Assembly: GCA_040756135.1 (NCBI GenBank)
Contig: JBFLZS010000002.1
Coordinates: 15,949-79,948 of the forward strand
Source: Nitrospirota bacterium
GTDB taxonomy: Bacteria > Nitrospirota > Thermodesulfovibrionia > Thermodesulfovibrionales > SM23-35
Reading direction: 5' to 3'
Length of the DNA: 64,000 bases
Shown here: positions 61,454 to 64,000 of the stretch, piece after piece
Numbering within the stretch: position 1 is the stretch's first letter
Layout: every line of letters begins with the position of its first letter
The notes under the pieces: generated by a model
Database searches by the model: none
Seen by the model: only the letters and a program-made list of their open reading frames with translations
What the model was told of the DNA's origin: nothing
Position numbers and translations under genes: made by a program

Positions 61454-63046
61454 ATGTCAGAAGATGCTTCCTTGAGAAAAAAAATAAAGGCCCTGATTGT
61501 ATTCAGGGTTGTATTTGTTACCTTTCTTCTCGGTTCATCTTTCCTCTTTAAGGCATATGAAAAATTACCCCATGTCCATGCGCTATCTTATCTGATTATC
61601 ACCCTGTATGTCCTTACCATCGTTTATTCTCTGCTACTCGGAAAGATTAAGAACCTTGTTGCATTTGCCTACGCACAGTTATTGCTTGACGTTATTTTTG
61701 CGACAATGCTCATATATATTACAGGAGGCATCGAGAGTTGGTTTTCTTTTACCCTCATACTTACCATTATATCCTCAGGCATAATTTTAAATAAAAGGGC
61801 AGGTTATATCACGGCAACGTGTAGCAGTATCCTTTATGGAGTACTTATAAACCTCCAGTTTTACATGCTATTGCCTATGATAAGCGAAGGTATAACGGAG
61901 GAGAAGGACTACCTCTATAATATATTCGTTCATATAATTTCCTTTTATCTTGTTGCTTATCTCAGTGGTTATCTCTCGTCACGGCTTGAAAAAACCGTGA
62001 AAAAACTTGAGGAGAAGGATATAGATCTGCGAGATCTTGAGTTTTTTAACAGGGAGGTGGTAGAGAGCCTGCCAAGCGGCCTCTTTACAACAGATACAGC
62101 AGGTAATGTATTAATCTTCAACCGCTCTGCTGAAAAAATAACAGGCATCAAAAAGAGCTCTGTCATAGGCCATAGGATGGATACAGTCGTGCCTTTTTTT
62201 AAGTTTCCCTTTACTGTGGGGCGCAGAGAGGATACAATAATGGTTAATGGTGCTATGAAAATGATCGGGGTTGGTATCTCTACGCTAAAGGGTATAGATG
62301 AAAACATCAGGGGGTATATAGGAATATTCCAGGACCTCACACAAATAAAGAAGCTTGAAGCAGAAATGAAACGGAAAGAGAAAATGGCAACTATAGGAGA
62401 ACTTTCTTCAAACATTGCCCATGAGATCAGAAACCCCCTTGCCTCTTTGAAGGGCTCTATAGAGATGCTAAAAGAAGATACGGTAGGCGAAGGCTATAAG
62501 AAGAAACTTATGGAAATCGCCTTAAAAGAGATGGAGCGTCTCAACCGAATCATAACTGACTTCCTCACATATTCACGACCTACACCCCCTGAGTTTAAAA
62601 GGTTTGAACTGCACAGCATGCTTGATGAGACTATAGAACTCCTTAAAAATGTGGAACAGAACAAAGGCGGTGTCTCTATAAGAAAAAACTACAGTGGCAC
62701 GCTTGAAGTGAATGCAGATCCTCAGAAGATGCGGCAGGTATTCTGGAACCTGGGAATTAATGCGATAGAGGCGATGCCCGAGGGAGGAGAACTTGTAATC
62801 TCTACAAGAAACACAGACAGGGTTGTGGAGATAACCTTTAAAGACTTTGGAGTTGGTATAGATGGAAAAGATACCGAAAGGATCTTCTATCCCTTTTTCA
62901 CTACAAAGGAACAAGGTACCGGCCTCGGGCTCTCAATAGCTTACAGGATAATCGAGGAACACAAAGGCAGTATAAATGTAAACAGCAGCCCGGGAGTTGG
63001 TACTATATTCGAAATTATACTACCAAAGACAGATGGAAAAGCTTAA
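61454..63046 (+). CDS. pilS: Sensor histidine kinase, PilS-like
   Basis: It has a polytopic N-terminus, a PAS domain, the HisKA H-box SSNIAHEIRNPL, and HATPase motifs (G-box GTGLGLS). Confidence 0.8.
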   Translation: MSEDASLRKKIKALIVFRVVFVTFLLGSSFLFKAYEKLPHVHALSYLIITLYVLTIVYSLLLGKIKNLVAFAYAQLLLDVIFATMLIYITGGIESWFSFTLILTIISSGIILNKRAGYITATCSSILYGVLINLQFYMLLPMISEGITEEKDYLYNIFVHIISFYLVAYLSGYLSSRLEKTVKKLEEKDIDLRDLEFFNREVVESLPSGLFTTDTAGNVLIFNRSAEKITGIKKSSVIGHRMDTVVPFFKFPFTVGRREDTIMVNGAMKMIGVGISTLKGIDENIRGYIGIFQDLTQIKKLEAEMKRKEKMATIGELSSNIAHEIRNPLASLKGSIEMLKEDTVGEGYKKKLMEIALKEMERLNRIITDFLTYSRPTPPEFKRFELHSMLDETIELLKNVEQNKGGVSIRKNYSGTLEVNADPQKMRQVFWNLGINAIEAMPEGGELVISTRNTDRVVEITFKDFGVGIDGKDTERIFYPFFTTKEQGTGLGLSIAYRIIEEHKGSINVNSSPGVGTIFEIILPKTDGKA

Positions 63047-64000
63047 GGGAAAGATACTCATAGTTGAAGATGAAAAAAGCATGCGGGAGGTGCTTAAGAT
63101 TCTTCTTGAAGGGGAGAACCACGAGGTAACGTCCGCATCGGATGGATTTGAGGGTCTATCATATATCAACAAAGACATCTTTGACCTTGTTATAACAGAC
63201 ATGAAGATGCCTAAAGTTGATGGTTTTGAGCTCCTGAGAAAGATAAAGGAGACATCCCCGGATACCATTGTAATCATGATAACAGCCTTCGGTACGACAG
63301 AGACGGCAATCGAGGCGATGAAGTTAGGGGCATATGACTACATCAATAAGCCATTCAAAATAGACGAGATTAGACTAATCGTAAAGAAGGCGATCGAGAA
63401 GAAGAGGCTGAGTGAAGAGCTTTCACTCTTAAGGGAAAAGGTAAAAACAACATATAGGCTCGAAAATATTATCGGTCAGAGCCCCAACATGCAGGAGTTA
63501 TTTAAACTGATTCCCAGGGTTGCACTGAGTAACTCGAATGTCCTGATAATAGGTGAAAGCGGCTCGGGTAAAGAATTAGTTGCAGTGTCTGTGCATAACC
63601 TCAGTCATAGGAAGGAGAAAAATTTTGTGACGATAAACTGTACAGCATTTCCTGAAGGGCTGCTTGAATCAGAGCTTTTTGGACATATGAAAGGCTCATT
63701 TACTGGCGCAATGTATAACAAACAGGGGCTATTTGAGATAGCAGACGGGGGAAGTGTCTTTCTCGACGAGATCTGCGACATGCCGATTAACCTTCAGGCA
63801 AAGTTACTCAGGGTCCTTGAGAATGGGATATTCAGACGTGTAGGTGGTACGACTGATATAAAGGTTGATGTAAGGGTTATATCGGCTACAAATAAGGATA
63901 TTAAAGAGGAAATAACATTAGGCAGATTCAGAGAGGACTTATATTACAGGCTGAATGTAGTTCCTATACATATACCTCCGCTAAGAGAGAGAAAGGTGGA
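63033..64000 (+). CDS. pilR: Sigma-54-dependent response regulator, PilR-like (3' end beyond window)
   Basis: Manual translation from the ATG at 63033 gives MEKLKGKILIVEDEKSMREVL..DLVITDMKMP (REC). This is followed by an AAA+ domain with GESGSGKE and ESELFGH. It overlaps the kinase stop and is open to the window end. Confidence 0.85.
   Translation, partial: MEKLKGKILIVEDEKSMREVLKILLEGENHEVTSASDGFEGLSYINKDIFDLVITDMKMPKVDGFELLRKIKETSPDTIVIMITAFGTTETAIEAMKLGAYDYINKPFKIDEIRLIVKKAIEKKRLSEELSLLREKVKTTYRLENIIGQSPNMQELFKLIPRVALSNSNVLIIGESGSGKELVAVSVHNLSHRKEKNFVTINCTAFPEGLLESELFGHMKGSFTGAMYNKQGLFEIADGGSVFLDEICDMPINLQAKLLRVLENGIFRRVGGTTDIKVDVRVISATNKDIKEEITLGRFREDLYYRLNVVPIHIPPLRERKV

Overview
This is a 64-kb chromosomal window from an AT-rich genome. 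My manual G+C counts on sampled lines give about 35-40 %. Gene content suggests a diderm anaerobe: BamD, a YdbH/YnbE/YdbL-like envelope system, rubrerythrins, many radical-SAM enzymes, a tetrahaem cytochrome c and a type IV pilus. A Nitrospirota- or Deltaproteobacteria-like MAG is only an inference.

Housekeeping blocks:
- apgM.
- A YdbH-like gene plus a fused YnbE-YdbL gene.
- A redox-stress cluster (ferredoxin, ferritin-like protein, two rubrerythrins, an Fe-S flavoprotein).
- An LpxL-like acyltransferase and a Lon-like protease.
- xerD, and an RR-GAF-HD-GYP regulator.
- F1Fo ATP synthase genes atpF'-F-H-A-G-D-C, without the a and c subunits.
- sirC-like, bamD, a TIGR03960-type rSAM and rng.
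- larE, a GlcF-like Fe-S protein, an AI-2E transporter and transaldolase.
- tRNA-Phe, thrC plus a cystathionine-synthase-like gene, and yraN.
- pilB-pilB-pilT-pilC-pilS-pilR.

Two accessory islands interrupt these blocks.
- Island 1 (15.9-24.4 kb): every recognisable defence gene is broken. These are a PLD-SNF2 helicase, a GmrSD-like DUF262 gene and an Eco57I/PglX-like methyltransferase. A DUF3800 gene and an unknown 249-aa gene are intact.
- Island 2 (40.9-46.1 kb): a RelE-type TA pair, an hsdR'-'hsdM-hsdS deletion relic, and an intact four-gene operon (TIGR04255-like, unknown, unknown, RadC/JAB). The operon is translationally coupled and is my best candidate for an undescribed system.

Other notable signals:
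- A G/C-rich palindromic repeat family, encoding ..PPxPPFxKGGxGGF.., is inserted in frame into several CDSs.
- A MITE-like composite element carries these repeats.
- An rSAM/SPASM gene with an RRE-like N-terminus is followed by a 20-aa Cys-rich mini-ORF.
- A 2.6-kb high-GC thrC islet lies next to tRNA-Phe.
- There is a tandem pilB duplication.

No CRISPR array or rRNA was seen.
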